From a candidate division Hyd24-12 bacterium UBA5074 (GTDB lineage: Bacteria > Fermentibacterota > Fermentibacteria > Fermentibacterales > Fermentibacteraceae), in assembly GCA_002414865.1 (NCBI GenBank), contig DIAQ01000064.1, positions 31,698 to 81,573 of the forward strand: a stretch of 49,876 nt of DNA, read 5' to 3'. The first letter of the stretch is position 1; every line of letters starts with the position of its first letter. Positions 1-9,328 of the stretch are shown here, piece by piece. Under the pieces are notes generated by a model. It ran no database searches. It was not told where the DNA came from and saw nothing but the letters and a program-made list of their open reading frames with translations. A program made the position numbers and the translations under genes.

Positions 1-1009
1 TGCAGACGATCGCCTGGTCCTTCATGGCCGCCATCGCCCCGGTGGTGATCACGTCGCAGTTGCCCGTGGCCGTCACGAATATCGACGCCTCCGGCAGCGC
101 GTCCTCGAGGGTCGTCACCTCGTAGCCTTCCATGGCTGCCTGCAGAGCGCATATGGGGTCGATCTCGGTGACGAGCACCCTCGCTCCGAAGGCTCTCATG
201 CTCTGGCAGCAGCCCTTGCCCACCTCGCCGAATCCGCAGACGAGCACCGTCTTGCCGGCGACCATCACGTCGGTGGCGCGCTTGATCCCGTCAGGGAGGG
301 ACTCGCGGCAGCCGTAGGTGTTGTCGAACTTGCTCTTCGTGACGGAGTCGTTGACGTTGTAGGCGGGGAACAGCAGCCTGCCGGCCTCATGCCTCTGATA
401 GAGGCGGTGCACTCCGGTGGTCGTCTCCTCCGAGACTCCGATCATCCCCTCCACCAGCTCGTGCCAGAAGCGCGGAGCGGCTGCGAGGCCGCGCACGAGC
501 TCGGCCGAGAGGGCGATCTCGTCACGGGTGGCACCTGACGGCTCCGGGAGCTTCCCGGTGGCGGCGTATGCCTCCTCCATGTCGAAGCCCTGATGGATCA
601 TGAGCGTCGCGTCGCCACCATCGTCCACGATGAGGTCGGGACCCTTCCCGCCGGGGAAGGTCAGGGCGCTCCTGGTGCACTCCCAGTACTCTTCCGGGGT
701 TTCGCCCTTCCAGGCGAAGACCGGGACGCCGGTTGCCGCAATGGCCGCGGCGGCTTCGTCCTGGGTGGAGAATATGTTGCAGCTGGCCCACCTCACGGAG
801 GCTCCGAGCCCGGTGAGGGTCTCGATCAGCACTGCGGTCTCGACGGTCATGTGCAGGGAGCCGCTGACCCTGAAGCCGTCCAGCGGGCGGGAGGGTCCGC
901 GCGTGGCCCGGAGCGAGAGGAGTCCTGGCATCTCGTTCTCCGCTATGGCGATCTTGCGCCTGCCCAGCGGGGCGAGGCTCATGTCCGCAACCCTGAAGTC
1001 ACCTTCCAT
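1..1009 (-). CDS. ahcY: Adenosylhomocysteinase (SAH hydrolase), truncated at the window edge
   Basis: Read manually on the minus strand: [30 protein letters not shown]...[17 protein letters not shown]...SCNIFSTQD...VDDGGDAT...[11 protein letters not shown]...[21 protein letters not shown]...GFGEVGKG. The ATG at 1009 overlaps the upstream stop (TGATG). Absent from the ORF track because it runs off the window. Confidence 0.97.
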   Translation of the reverse strand, partial: MEGDFRVADMSLAPLGRRKIAIAENEMPGLLSLRATRGPSRPLDGFRVSGSLHMTVETAVLIETLTGLGASVRWASCNIFSTQDEAAAAIAATGVPVFAWKGETPEEYWECTRSALTFPGGKGPDLIVDDGGDATLMIHQGFDMEEAYAATGKLPEPSGATRDEIALSAELVRGLAAAPRFWHELVEGMIGVSEETTTGVHRLYQRHEAGRLLFPAYNVNDSVTKSKFDNTYGCRESLPDGIKRATDVMVAGKTVLVCGFGEVGKGCCQSMRAFGARVLVTEIDPICALQAAMEGYEVTTLEDALPEASIFVTATGNCDVITTGAMAAMKDQAIVC

Positions 1010-1923
1010 CAGCTTTCCTTTCTCCTGCCGCAGATGTAGAAGACCCGCCCGTCGCATACGCGGCGGGCCTCTCCGCACTCGAATCCGCACTCCTGCATCA
1101 TCCCGGAGATGTCCTCCGGCTCGAATCCCGGCCAGAGGTCGCCGTGCAGCTCCCTCAACGACTGGTCTCCATGGCTTGCCAGCTCCGCCACCACGAGGGA
1201 TCCGCCAGGTTCCAGCGCCCTCCAGGCCTCGCGGATGCCCTCGGAGGGGTTCCCGAGGTGGTGGAGGACCATGTGGGCGAGGACGCCCTTCACGCTGCCG
1301 TCGGCCAGGGGCAGGTGCTCGATCTCTCCCAGACGCAGCTCGACGCGGTCCGACAGGCCGGCGTCATCCGCGGTCCGCCTCGCTCTAGAGAGCATGTCCG
1401 GGGAGTCGTCAATCCCGATGACGAGCCTGCCCCCAGACACAAGGAGAGGCAGCAGCATCCCCGTGCCGCAGCCCAGTTCGGCGACAGGGGCGTTCGCAGG
1501 AAGGCAGCCGATGACCTCCCCGGCATAGCCGGAAGGGTCGGGCAGCAGCCCGGACAGCTCACCCCAGAGAGGCGCGAACCTGGCGAAGAACTCCCGCGAT
1601 CCGGCCCGTCTCGACTCATGGCATCGCACGAGGCCGCGCAGATCGTCCTGGACGACCTTGAGTCTCCCGCCGTGAGCTGCCACCAGGGCGCAGGCATCCC
1701 TCACGAGCGGGTCGGTCCTCTCGAGGCTGTACCAGGCCCAGCCCGCCATCCCGCGCCGGCTGACCAAGCCAGCTTCGTGGAGCGCCTTGAGATGACGGCT
1801 CGCATTGGACTGGGAGAGCCCCAGCACGCTGCAGATCTCGCTGACATTGAGCGGGCCCTTGTGCAGTATCGAAATGATGCGCAACCTGTTCAGATCTGAT
1901 AATGCAGCGAATACGCGGTTCAT
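1009..1923 (-). CDS. sahR: ArsR-family HTH plus SAM-dependent methyltransferase-domain transcription factor (SahR-like regulator of the SAM cycle)
   Basis: N-terminal ArsR HTH ([11 protein letters not shown]...[12 protein letters not shown]) and C-terminal class I MTase (ELGCGTG; GIDDSPDML; HMVLHH). Translationally coupled to ahcY, the established SahR context. Confidence 0.85.
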   Translation of the reverse strand: MNRVFAALSDLNRLRIISILHKGPLNVSEICSVLGLSQSNASRHLKALHEAGLVSRRGMAGWAWYSLERTDPLVRDACALVAAHGGRLKVVQDDLRGLVRCHESRRAGSREFFARFAPLWGELSGLLPDPSGYAGEVIGCLPANAPVAELGCGTGMLLPLLVSGGRLVIGIDDSPDMLSRARRTADDAGLSDRVELRLGEIEHLPLADGSVKGVLAHMVLHHLGNPSEGIREAWRALEPGGSLVVAELASHGDQSLRELHGDLWPGFEPEDISGMMQECGFECGEARRVCDGRVFYICGRRKES

Positions 1924-1929
1924 GGACGA

Positions 1930-1959
1930 GACTATATGAGTGTATGCTCATGTAGTCAA
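1930..1959 (-). promoter_or_regulatory. Sigma70-type promoter overlapped by a palindromic operator (probable SahR site)
   Basis: Minus strand TTGACT-N17-TATAGT, 7 nt before the ATG at 1923. The inverted repeat GACTATATGAG-N6-CTCATGTAGTC (1930-1957, one mismatch) spans the spacer and both boxes. Confidence 0.8.
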
Positions 1960-1998
1960 TACTATCCCGGAGGCTCTTTCCGAGGCGATATACGGGAC

Positions 1999-2586
1999 AT
2001 GGAAGCCCTGATCATCCCGATGAGAGACATCCTGGCGCTGGAGTGGCGGCTGCATCCTTCGATGACGATCGTGGACCTCGCCAAGCTCGTGTTCCAGGCG
2101 AGCTGCGGCGCAGGGCACATGGTGAGGGCCGTCGCGGCCGATCCGGCGGGCATGAGGAATGCCTTTCTGCGCGAGTGGGGAACGGCCGGCGGGCGGACCC
2201 TCCCCGGCACTCCCCTGCTCCAGAGGATATCCTTCCCGCGGCCGGCGGCGAGGCTGCACCTCGGGCCCGCCGCGATTGCGGGGATGGATCCGGAGGCGGT
2301 CTTCGAGGCTCTTGCCGGTCAGCCGGTGACGACGCCCGCGGCGGAGACCGGGCTGCTCGAGGCAGTTGCGTGTGCAGCACGGGCCGCCGGGCTTCCGTGG
2401 TCCGCGGAGGAGATCATGTCACGGTGCGCAGTCGAGACCCCGCCCTCGCACTCTGCCGCGTATGGCCCCGCCAGCTACAGGCTCCTCGACGACTGGCATG
2501 TCGTGGAAGGGCTCCTCCCGGCGGGCGCGCTGCCGGTCCCGGCTTTTCTCGGAGATCAGAGCACCCGGGCGACCGCTGTCACATAG
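1999..2586 (+). CDS. Conserved hypothetical protein
   Basis: ORF fills the gap divergent from sahR. Its motifs DLAKLVFQASCGAGH and SHSAAY..YRLL resemble an uncharacterised bacterial family. Start uncertain (1999 or 2020). Confidence 0.65.
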   Translation: MEALIIPMRDILALEWRLHPSMTIVDLAKLVFQASCGAGHMVRAVAADPAGMRNAFLREWGTAGGRTLPGTPLLQRISFPRPAARLHLGPAAIAGMDPEAVFEALAGQPVTTPAAETGLLEAVACAARAAGLPWSAEEIMSRCAVETPPSHSAAYGPASYRLLDDWHVVEGLLPAGALPVPAFLGDQSTRATAVT

Positions 2587-3905
2587 AACCTTGCCGGTCC
2601 TCCCCGAAGCGGCGCCCCCACGGCCAGATCGATCGACCAGGAGCCGGCCTCCCCGCGCAGGCCGCCTCCGGCGCCCGCGGGATACCTGTCCCCGTCGGGC
2701 GTGTCCAGCGCCGAGAGGTCGCAGAAGGCGTACAGCCTTGTCGCAGTCTCGCCGAACGAGACCTCAGGCCTGAGCACCGCATAGCGCGTCGCCCTGAACG
2801 TGTCCTCGGCATAGCCCCTGAGGCTCTCCTGCCCTCCCAGCCTCCTCAGCAGACTGTAGGGCGGCTCCCCCTGCATCGCACCTCCGCATGTCATGCCCAG
2901 TCCCAGCCCGGCGGCGCCCGCGAAGAGGTCGGCCCTCGCCTCCAGCTCCGCGGTCGAGAGCACGAGGCTCGAGTCCTCTCCCGACACGTTGCCGAGCCTG
3001 CACTCCAGATCCGCCTTCAGCCCCTGCCAGCCCCGTGGCACCGTGCGTCCCGGGCTCCAGGACATCCCGGCCAGTCCGTAGTTGTACCTGCTGTCCTCGC
3101 CGTCCGGGCCATAGCCCCTCCATCCGCCTGCGCCGGCGGAGACCGACAGGACTTCGGACACCTCGGCGATGAGAAGGATGTCGGCCTCCCTGTTCAGCCA
3201 GCCGCTGTCGGGTATCTCCTGCATCAGGGACACCTCTCCCGAGAGGGGATAGCCCGCGATCCAGGGCTCGAGATAGTGGCCGGAAACGTTCGTCCCTCCC
3301 CAGCGGGAGTCGGCTATCTCGATCGAGAGCTCCCTTCCGGTCCCCAGGAGGTTCGTGAAGTCGACGAGCCCCGACCCGCTCAGCCCTTCATCCCCCGACT
3401 GGCCGTAGAGCAGCGAGGCGGCGATGCTCCCCGAGGACCCCTCGACCACGTCCTGCACGACGACCAGGTTCCCGAGAGGGCCGAGGCAGAGGGCTCCATC
3501 TCCCACCCATTCGACGAATTCGAGCCTGCGAAGCCTCTCACGCCACTTCTCGACGGACTCCGGGTCGTATGGCTCGCCCGGCTCCAGTCTCAGGTAACGC
3601 GTCAGGGTGCCCGGGGAGGTCCGCTCCAGGCCCTCGATGCGGACGCCTTCCAGCAGGGCGTGGCGTCCGGGCACCGCGGATACGCAGAGGCTGTCCGGAC
3701 CCGCCAGGAAGCAGGCGAGCGAGGCGAACGGATATCCGAGGGAGAGGTATTGCGCCAGGATCTGCTGCTGGAGCGCTTCGACAGTGGAATCGGCCAGGAC
3801 CGGGAGCGAGTCGGGGAGGGTCGGACGAGGCGGGGCCCCGCGCGAACCCACGGAGACCGCAGCCGAGGCGCAGAGCGCAGCCAGGAGGGCCTGCCCGGTC
3901 AGAAT
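2556..3905 (-). CDS. Omp85/BamA-TamA family outer-membrane protein with POTRA domain
   Basis: POTRA-like segment (VRIEGLERTSPGTLTRYLRLEPGEPYD...LRRLEF) followed by Omp85 barrel motifs (NLLGTGRE, YLEPWIAG, LGGQESLRGY). A signal-like stretch lies upstream of the GTG at 3851, so the start may be non-canonical (ATT 3905). Confidence 0.8.
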   Translation of the reverse strand: MLTGQALLAALCASAAVSVGSRGAPPRPTLPDSLPVLADSTVEALQQQILAQYLSLGYPFASLACFLAGPDSLCVSAVPGRHALLEGVRIEGLERTSPGTLTRYLRLEPGEPYDPESVEKWRERLRRLEFVEWVGDGALCLGPLGNLVVVQDVVEGSSGSIAASLLYGQSGDEGLSGSGLVDFTNLLGTGRELSIEIADSRWGGTNVSGHYLEPWIAGYPLSGEVSLMQEIPDSGWLNREADILLIAEVSEVLSVSAGAGGWRGYGPDGEDSRYNYGLAGMSWSPGRTVPRGWQGLKADLECRLGNVSGEDSSLVLSTAELEARADLFAGAAGLGLGMTCGGAMQGEPPYSLLRRLGGQESLRGYAEDTFRATRYAVLRPEVSFGETATRLYAFCDLSALDTPDGDRYPAGAGGGLRGEAGSWSIDLAVGAPLRGGPARFYVTAVARVL

Positions 3906-6900
3906 GTCACCGTGCCTTCCAGCCCGGCCCGCTGTGTCCAGTCGCCATCGGCCGGCCTCCTCGCGTACCAGGTGAGCGCCGCGTCGAGCTGCTCCGATAT
4001 GTTCCGCCCTATACGCAACTGGAACAACAGGTTCAAGCCTGTGGAATTGCCGTCGAAAAGCCAGAGAGGGAGGTCCCCGTCGCCGGGGATGTACTGCCCC
4101 TGAGCCGAGCCCCAGGCGTTCCAGCCCGACCTGGCGAACCTGAGGTGCGGCCTGGCCTCGTACTGGCCTGCCTCGAGCCCGCTGTGGCTCTCACGCCTGT
4201 TCTCGTAGGCGAACTGGATGCCCGGCTCCAGCCCGGAGTCCAGGGTGATGGAGGGATCTGCCGAAACCCTCGTCTCGGTGATCCTCCTGGAAGCCTGGAG
4301 GTCCTCCTCGCGCAGCCGGTACCTCTGGAGCAGGTCCAGGTCCAGGCTCCCGGCCGGGGAGAGACCCTGCTGGAGCTCGATCATCCTCTCGGACTCGCTC
4401 CTGACCCCCGACCCGCTGTATTCGATCCTCTGCTCTGTCACCTTCCCCCTGGCGCGGAGAAGCCGGACGGTCCCGGCTCCCCTCCAGAACGGGGAGAGCT
4501 CGGCCGAGTATCCGCCGGGCGCGTCGCCGAAGGACTTCGCGAGGAGCAGCGTGGCGAGCCTGTCGTCGGACCCCCGCGAGGTGAGCTCAAGGCTGCCGTC
4601 GAATCCCGGTCCGAGAGCCGCGCCGCTCGTCAGGCTCAGCTCGGCTTCGGCTTCCAGCTGGAGGTCTCCGCCCTCCCCCGGGAGATAGTAGACTTCGTAG
4701 CTCCCGTCCGGGTCTTCGTAGAACTCTCCCGTCTCATCGTCGTAGCTCCAGCCGCCCTGGCCCTCACCTACGAACCTGTAATGCACCTCGAGAGCCTGGC
4801 TGAGGGTTCCCGACCCCGAATAGGCGAGCGTGAGCCAGGTGCCCCCGCCCCCCGTCGAGCCGTTCAGGCGGAGGGCATCGGCCTCCATCCGGCCGCCTCC
4901 ATCCCAGAAGCTGCTGCTGTGCTCGATGCTTGCCGAAAGGCTCCAACCCGGCTCGCCTCCGGCCGCTTCGCCCCTGCACCTGTATGTCCTGCGGGGCACC
5001 GGGGCCGGGCCGACCCTCTCGTCGAACACCGCCTCGAGGGAGAGCGCGGAAGTCCATCGAGCGACCGAGAAGGCGCTCCCCGTCCTCGCGGTGAGCCTGC
5101 TCCCGGACAGGCTGTCCCCCCAGGAGTCCCTCAGCCAGGACAGACCTATGGTCGGCACGAAGGCTCCGATCGAGACGGCGAGGTCCGCGCCACCGTCGAC
5201 CGCGCTCCCGGACGGGAGCGAGGCCGCGTCTTCCCTCCCTGCCGAGGATGCATGCGTCACGACCTGGAAGCGTCCGGCTTCGAACCTGCTGCCGGCCCTC
5301 GCGAGCAGCACCCTGCCGCCGCCGGCGAGGAGCCTCGCTCCCGTCGAGGCGGCCCCTCCCTGCCACTGCACGAAAGCCTCGACGATGTCGTCGCGACCCT
5401 CCCACGACGACGGAAGGGACCACGAGCCGAGAGAGCTGTCGGACTCCCACACTCCGGGCTGCCTGAATCCGTCTGTCACCAGGACGGTCGAGATACCGAT
5501 GCGGAGTTCCCCGCCGAAGGGCCGCCACCCCGAGACACCCCGGAAGGCGCTGCCCTCCCGGGTCGTCCCTTCGCTGTTGAACGTGTTGCCGGTCCTGGTC
5601 GAGACAGCTGTCTCGAGCGACAGGTCGAGATCGCCTGCGAGCGCGGAGGCGACAGCGCCGCCCACGCTGCCGCCTGCCGGGATGTCCAGGTACTCCCTGG
5701 GCAGGTGCGTGCCTTCTCCCACGCCCACCCAGAGAAAGCCGCCGATGACGGAATCGTAGATGTAGTCGCCGGGCTCCCCGGGCGGGCGGCTGAAGACCAC
5801 CCTCCACTCGCCCTGCCCCGGGCCCTCGTACTGGTAGTGCCCTTCGCCGTCCAGGGAGTAGGAGCCCTCCCCGGGCCCCACCCAGGTGGCTCCATCGATC
5901 CAGACGCTGTCCGGTTCCTCGCCGGCCGAGCGGAGGGCCTCGAGGGCTTCGTCGGACAGGATGAATCCCAGGGGATGACCGCGGTTGTCGGCCTCGGAGA
6001 GCCCGGTCAGCTCGAGTGAGAATCCCTCGTACTCCGTGGCGGCCGATGCGCGGTACAGGTCCCTGCGGTAGCCCGCGCCCCTCCTGTAGAACGTGGCCTC
6101 GACCCTGGAGTCCCTGCGTATCAGGCGCCCCGCGGTGAAGGTGACCATCCCGGCCGGGTAGTCCATCGTGTAGTCTGCCGAGGGACCTCTCCGCATGAGC
6201 GTCCCGTCGAGCCATATCCTCTCGCTGCCTGGAACTATCTCGTCACCGTCGGTCAGGCTGTACGGTCCCTGGACGCCCTCTCCGGTCGTGAACACGGCTC
6301 TGTCGGCGGTCTGGCCGCTCACCCCTGCGCCCGCCGAGGCGGAATAGTGCGACAGCGAGTCGAAGCCCGCATCCACGCCTGTCAGATCGCGCCTGTAGGG
6401 CAGGGCGCCCGTGCCCTCCCTCTCCCACTCCTGGTCGCCCAGGGTCACGCCCCATCGGCGGCCGCTTATGTCGAGCACCACCTTGTCCAGCTCCGAGACC
6501 AGCTCCGAGGAGCCCGTCCCCAGAGGGAGGTTCTCGTCAGTTATGGAGCCCTCCACCTCTATGCCCGGGGCCAGGCTGCCGGAGAGCGAGAGCCGTGTGC
6601 TCTGATCGACTCCCGGGCCGTCACCGACAGCGATGCCGAGCTTCTTGCTGCCCGAGATGAACAGGCCCTGCGGAGTCGCTTCGGGTGGCGGGGTCAACAT
6701 GGGTGCAGCAGCCTCGCGGCCGAGAACGGGCGTCTCGAGCCTCGCCGAGTTCGCAACGGCGAGGCTGCTCCGCTCGAAGCACAGCAGAACTGAGTCCCCC
6801 GCTTCGATCGCGTCTTCGACCAGGAGGCCGGAGCGCGCCCCCGATGCGGATGGCTCTGCTCCGACCGTGTCCTCCCCGATCACGACGAAGGCGGTTCCCG

Positions 6901-7003
6901 GAATCGCCCAGAGGCTGTCAGGCAGGTCGAAGAACCCGCTCCCGTCGCTCTCCGCCGGCAGAACCTCCAGGCTCAGGGCGGCCGCCAGGAGCAGGGCGGT
7001 CAT
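3899..7003 (-). CDS. Large outer-membrane beta-barrel protein, SprA/Sov-reminiscent
   Basis: 1034 aa with signal peptide, many amphipathic beta-strands and C-terminal Phe (LEGTVTF). The segment QGPYSL...IVPGSERIWLDGTLMRRG..ADYTMDY..GMVTF resembles a segment of SprA-type proteins. Confidence 0.65.
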   Translation of the reverse strand: MTALLLAAALSLEVLPAESDGSGFFDLPDSLWAIPGTAFVVIGEDTVGAEPSASGARSGLLVEDAIEAGDSVLLCFERSSLAVANSARLETPVLGREAAAPMLTPPPEATPQGLFISGSKKLGIAVGDGPGVDQSTRLSLSGSLAPGIEVEGSITDENLPLGTGSSELVSELDKVVLDISGRRWGVTLGDQEWEREGTGALPYRRDLTGVDAGFDSLSHYSASAGAGVSGQTADRAVFTTGEGVQGPYSLTDGDEIVPGSERIWLDGTLMRRGPSADYTMDYPAGMVTFTAGRLIRRDSRVEATFYRRGAGYRRDLYRASAATEYEGFSLELTGLSEADNRGHPLGFILSDEALEALRSAGEEPDSVWIDGATWVGPGEGSYSLDGEGHYQYEGPGQGEWRVVFSRPPGEPGDYIYDSVIGGFLWVGVGEGTHLPREYLDIPAGGSVGGAVASALAGDLDLSLETAVSTRTGNTFNSEGTTREGSAFRGVSGWRPFGGELRIGISTVLVTDGFRQPGVWESDSSLGSWSLPSSWEGRDDIVEAFVQWQGGAASTGARLLAGGGRVLLARAGSRFEAGRFQVVTHASSAGREDAASLPSGSAVDGGADLAVSIGAFVPTIGLSWLRDSWGDSLSGSRLTARTGSAFSVARWTSALSLEAVFDERVGPAPVPRRTYRCRGEAAGGEPGWSLSASIEHSSSFWDGGGRMEADALRLNGSTGGGGTWLTLAYSGSGTLSQALEVHYRFVGEGQGGWSYDDETGEFYEDPDGSYEVYYLPGEGGDLQLEAEAELSLTSGAALGPGFDGSLELTSRGSDDRLATLLLAKSFGDAPGGYSAELSPFWRGAGTVRLLRARGKVTEQRIEYSGSGVRSESERMIELQQGLSPAGSLDLDLLQRYRLREEDLQASRRITETRVSADPSITLDSGLEPGIQFAYENRRESHSGLEAGQYEARPHLRFARSGWNAWGSAQGQYIPGDGDLPLWLFDGNSTGLNLLFQLRIGRNISEQLDAALTWYARRPADGDWTQRAGLEGTVTF

Positions 7004-7686
7004 GGTCCCGACAGGATCAGGAGCCCGGAGGAGGTGAGGGCCGCGAACCTCCCGGGCGAGGCTTCGACAATCTCCAGGATCCCGGGAGATGGCGACTCGT
7101 CGGCTCCGGTGAGGAGGCGTTCCGCGGGCAGCCCGTCAGGGAGGGCGAGCACCGAATCGCCCGCGAAGGTTGCGACTGAGACGCGGATGGTGTCGGAGGG
7201 AGACTCCGTCGGAGAGAACAGGAGGCAGAAGTCTCCCATGCCGGCGAGACCTCTACGCCCGCGCACCTGAAGCCATGCAGGAGCCGGCTGCGAGGAAAGA
7301 ACCTGCGCTCCCCCGGCCTCGAAGACCCCTCCCCTGTCGAGACTGCAGTACCAGATATCCGTACCCGACCATGCAACCGCCCCGGGGCTGCCCGGCGTGG
7401 AGATCGCGTATCTGAAGGCCCCCTCGGGCCCGTAGACCAGGATCTCCCCCTCGAGCCTGTCCGAAACCGCCACGGTTCCGTCAGCGGCGATCGCGATGCC
7501 CCCCGGGACGGACACCTCGGGGATGTCCATCCAGCCCTCGATGGTCCCATCGGCCGAGATGACGCAGACCTGCGGACCTGCGGCGCGGAGAGTCCAGATC
7601 GATCCATCAGGTCCGGATGCAAGGTCGAACACCCCGGCTGGGAGCAGGACCGACCATGCGGCTGCGAAGGCGGCGCTAGCGGACAA
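7000..7686 (-). CDS. NHL/beta-propeller-like hypothetical protein
   Basis: Blade-like repeats (DLASGPDGSIW; PGGIAIAADGTVAVSD; PGAVAWSGTDIW). The TTG start at 7686 overlaps the upstream gene end, and the stop overlaps the next ATG. Confidence 0.6.
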   Translation of the reverse strand: MSASAAFAAAWSVLLPAGVFDLASGPDGSIWTLRAAGPQVCVISADGTIEGWMDIPEVSVPGGIAIAADGTVAVSDRLEGEILVYGPEGAFRYAISTPGSPGAVAWSGTDIWYCSLDRGGVFEAGGAQVLSSQPAPAWLQVRGRRGLAGMGDFCLLFSPTESPSDTIRVSVATFAGDSVLALPDGLPAERLLTGADESPSPGILEIVEASPGRFAALTSSGLLILSGP

Positions 7687-9328
7687 CTGCGAACCTGCCG
7701 GTGAAGGCGGTTCCTCCCTGCACCAGGCGGTAGAAGTAGATGCCCGATGCCAGCTCCGAGGCGCCCGTATATGAGAGGACCGCTTCACCCGCGGGAGGGT
7801 TGCCGGAGGCAGGCTCGTCCGCGAGTGCGCCCGTCATGTCGAAGATGGCCAGACTGACGGGCTCTCCGGAGGATATGAACTGGAAGTAGAGCGTTCCGAA
7901 GCAAGGCTGGGGATAGATCGCGAGGGTTCTGGAGGATCCCGCCACCGGTCCTGCCGAGGCTTCGAGGTCGAAGCCCCTGAACGAGGAGCAGGCGAGGAGG
8001 ACGGTACCCTCCGCCGGGAGCTGCAGCGAGATGTCGTTGCCGGCCCCGGCCTCTATCCTCTGGGGGACGGGAACTTCCTCCGGCAGGAACCATGCCCTGA
8101 GATCCCCGGTGCCCGTGGCGGATGCCCTGAAGCTGCCGCCCAGGTCGCCCTGGATGCGATACCCGTTGCTGCAGAGGGCTCCGACCGGGTGAAGGGGATC
8201 GCTGTAGGAAGGCGGGCCGGCGTCGCCGCGCAGGTCCAGGCCCGGACGGCTGCCCGGGTCGAGCGTGTCGTAGTCCGCCAACCTGAAGCCCTGCCAACCC
8301 CACCTGCCGTCGCCCACGGACGGATCGTCGATCCAGCAGGCGAGCATCCAGTCCTCCAGGATCGCGTCCATGTCTGGCCTGGTCCCCGTTGCCTGCTCGA
8401 TGGCTTCTGCCACGCCCGCCAGGCCTGAATCGCCGGCCCGGAGCGAGTTGTAGATGAAGTCCGCCCCTCCCCAGCGCTCGTACAGGTACGAGAAGAAGAG
8501 GTAGCCGGCCCCGTAGCCCCCGACGTACCTGAGATCCTCGAACTCCGTCCAGTCCACCGGAGTCACTCCGCCCAGCTCGATGAAGGTCTCGACCTGGAAG
8601 GCAGGGTAGCCGCAGAGATAGGTTCCGGTCTGGGCCTGGTTCTCCGAGACCCACAGGGCTTCGCCGCTGAACGGCTCGATGCCCCACTGGATGAGGTGAA
8701 CCATCTCGTGGGAGGCTGTATAGGCTGCGTCGTAGCTGCCCGCAGGGCTGCAGTCGATGTAGAGCATCTCAACCTCGTTGGAGCGCCCTCCGTAATAGAG
8801 GTAGGCTTCCTCGTCGGTGAACTGGTTGTACGGGCTGAAGAAGCCTGCGATGTAGACGCCCCCCTGCGCCGGGTCGAATCCGTCTAGTATGTCGAGCACC
8901 AGGAAGTAGACCCGCGGATCGCCGTCGATCTCGTCGGGCACGGGTCCGAGGGCGTCGGGCAGGATCTGCATCATGCCCGCGCCTCCGCCTGGCGTGCTGT
9001 CCTCCAGAGAGGCCGCGAAGGCGTCGACGCTCTCCTGGTCATAGTGTACATCCCAGACCGCATCCTCGACGAAGATGTAGCAATCCTCGCCGACGTACCT
9101 GCAGGTGGCCGACGTGAGGTAGAAGGTGAACTGCGGATCGTTCGTATAGTCCTGGGCCCAGAAGTTCACGGTGTCGCCCACCTCGTGCTCCCTGCCGGCG
9201 ATAAGGCCCGACGGCTTCATGGACGGGTCATGCCGCCTGTCCATGGAGAGGACCGTCCCGTCGGCGAAGGTGCCGTCCACCCAGTAGGCGGGCACGCCCA
9301 TCAGAGCGCAGAGCAGCAGAGCGCCCAT
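7676..9328 (-). CDS. Secreted zinc metallopeptidase (HEXXH, M30/hyicolysin-like) with T9SS type A-like C-terminal domain
   Basis: Signal peptide; GPVPDEIDGDPRVYFL, IAGFF, NEVEMLYID, SHEMVHLIQ...W.SE motifs; C-terminal IYPQP...AIFDMTG...SGIYFYRL...RFAVVR. Confidence 0.75.
   Translation of the reverse strand: MGALLLCALMGVPAYWVDGTFADGTVLSMDRRHDPSMKPSGLIAGREHEVGDTVNFWAQDYTNDPQFTFYLTSATCRYVGEDCYIFVEDAVWDVHYDQESVDAFAASLEDSTPGGGAGMMQILPDALGPVPDEIDGDPRVYFLVLDILDGFDPAQGGVYIAGFFSPYNQFTDEEAYLYYGGRSNEVEMLYIDCSPAGSYDAAYTASHEMVHLIQWGIEPFSGEALWVSENQAQTGTYLCGYPAFQVETFIELGGVTPVDWTEFEDLRYVGGYGAGYLFFSYLYERWGGADFIYNSLRAGDSGLAGVAEAIEQATGTRPDMDAILEDWMLACWIDDPSVGDGRWGWQGFRLADYDTLDPGSRPGLDLRGDAGPPSYSDPLHPVGALCSNGYRIQGDLGGSFRASATGTGDLRAWFLPEEVPVPQRIEAGAGNDISLQLPAEGTVLLACSSFRGFDLEASAGPVAGSSRTLAIYPQPCFGTLYFQFISSGEPVSLAIFDMTGALADEPASGNPPAGEAVLSYTGASELASGIYFYRLVQGGTAFTGRFAVVR

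Noticed and set aside
2043-6019. Long plus-strand ORFs (686 aa at 2043-4103, 816 aa at 3569-6019) and many similar antisense or alternate-frame ORFs across the window
   Set aside because: Arg/Pro/Gly-rich shadow ORFs expected opposite real genes in high-GC DNA; no recognisable motifs.
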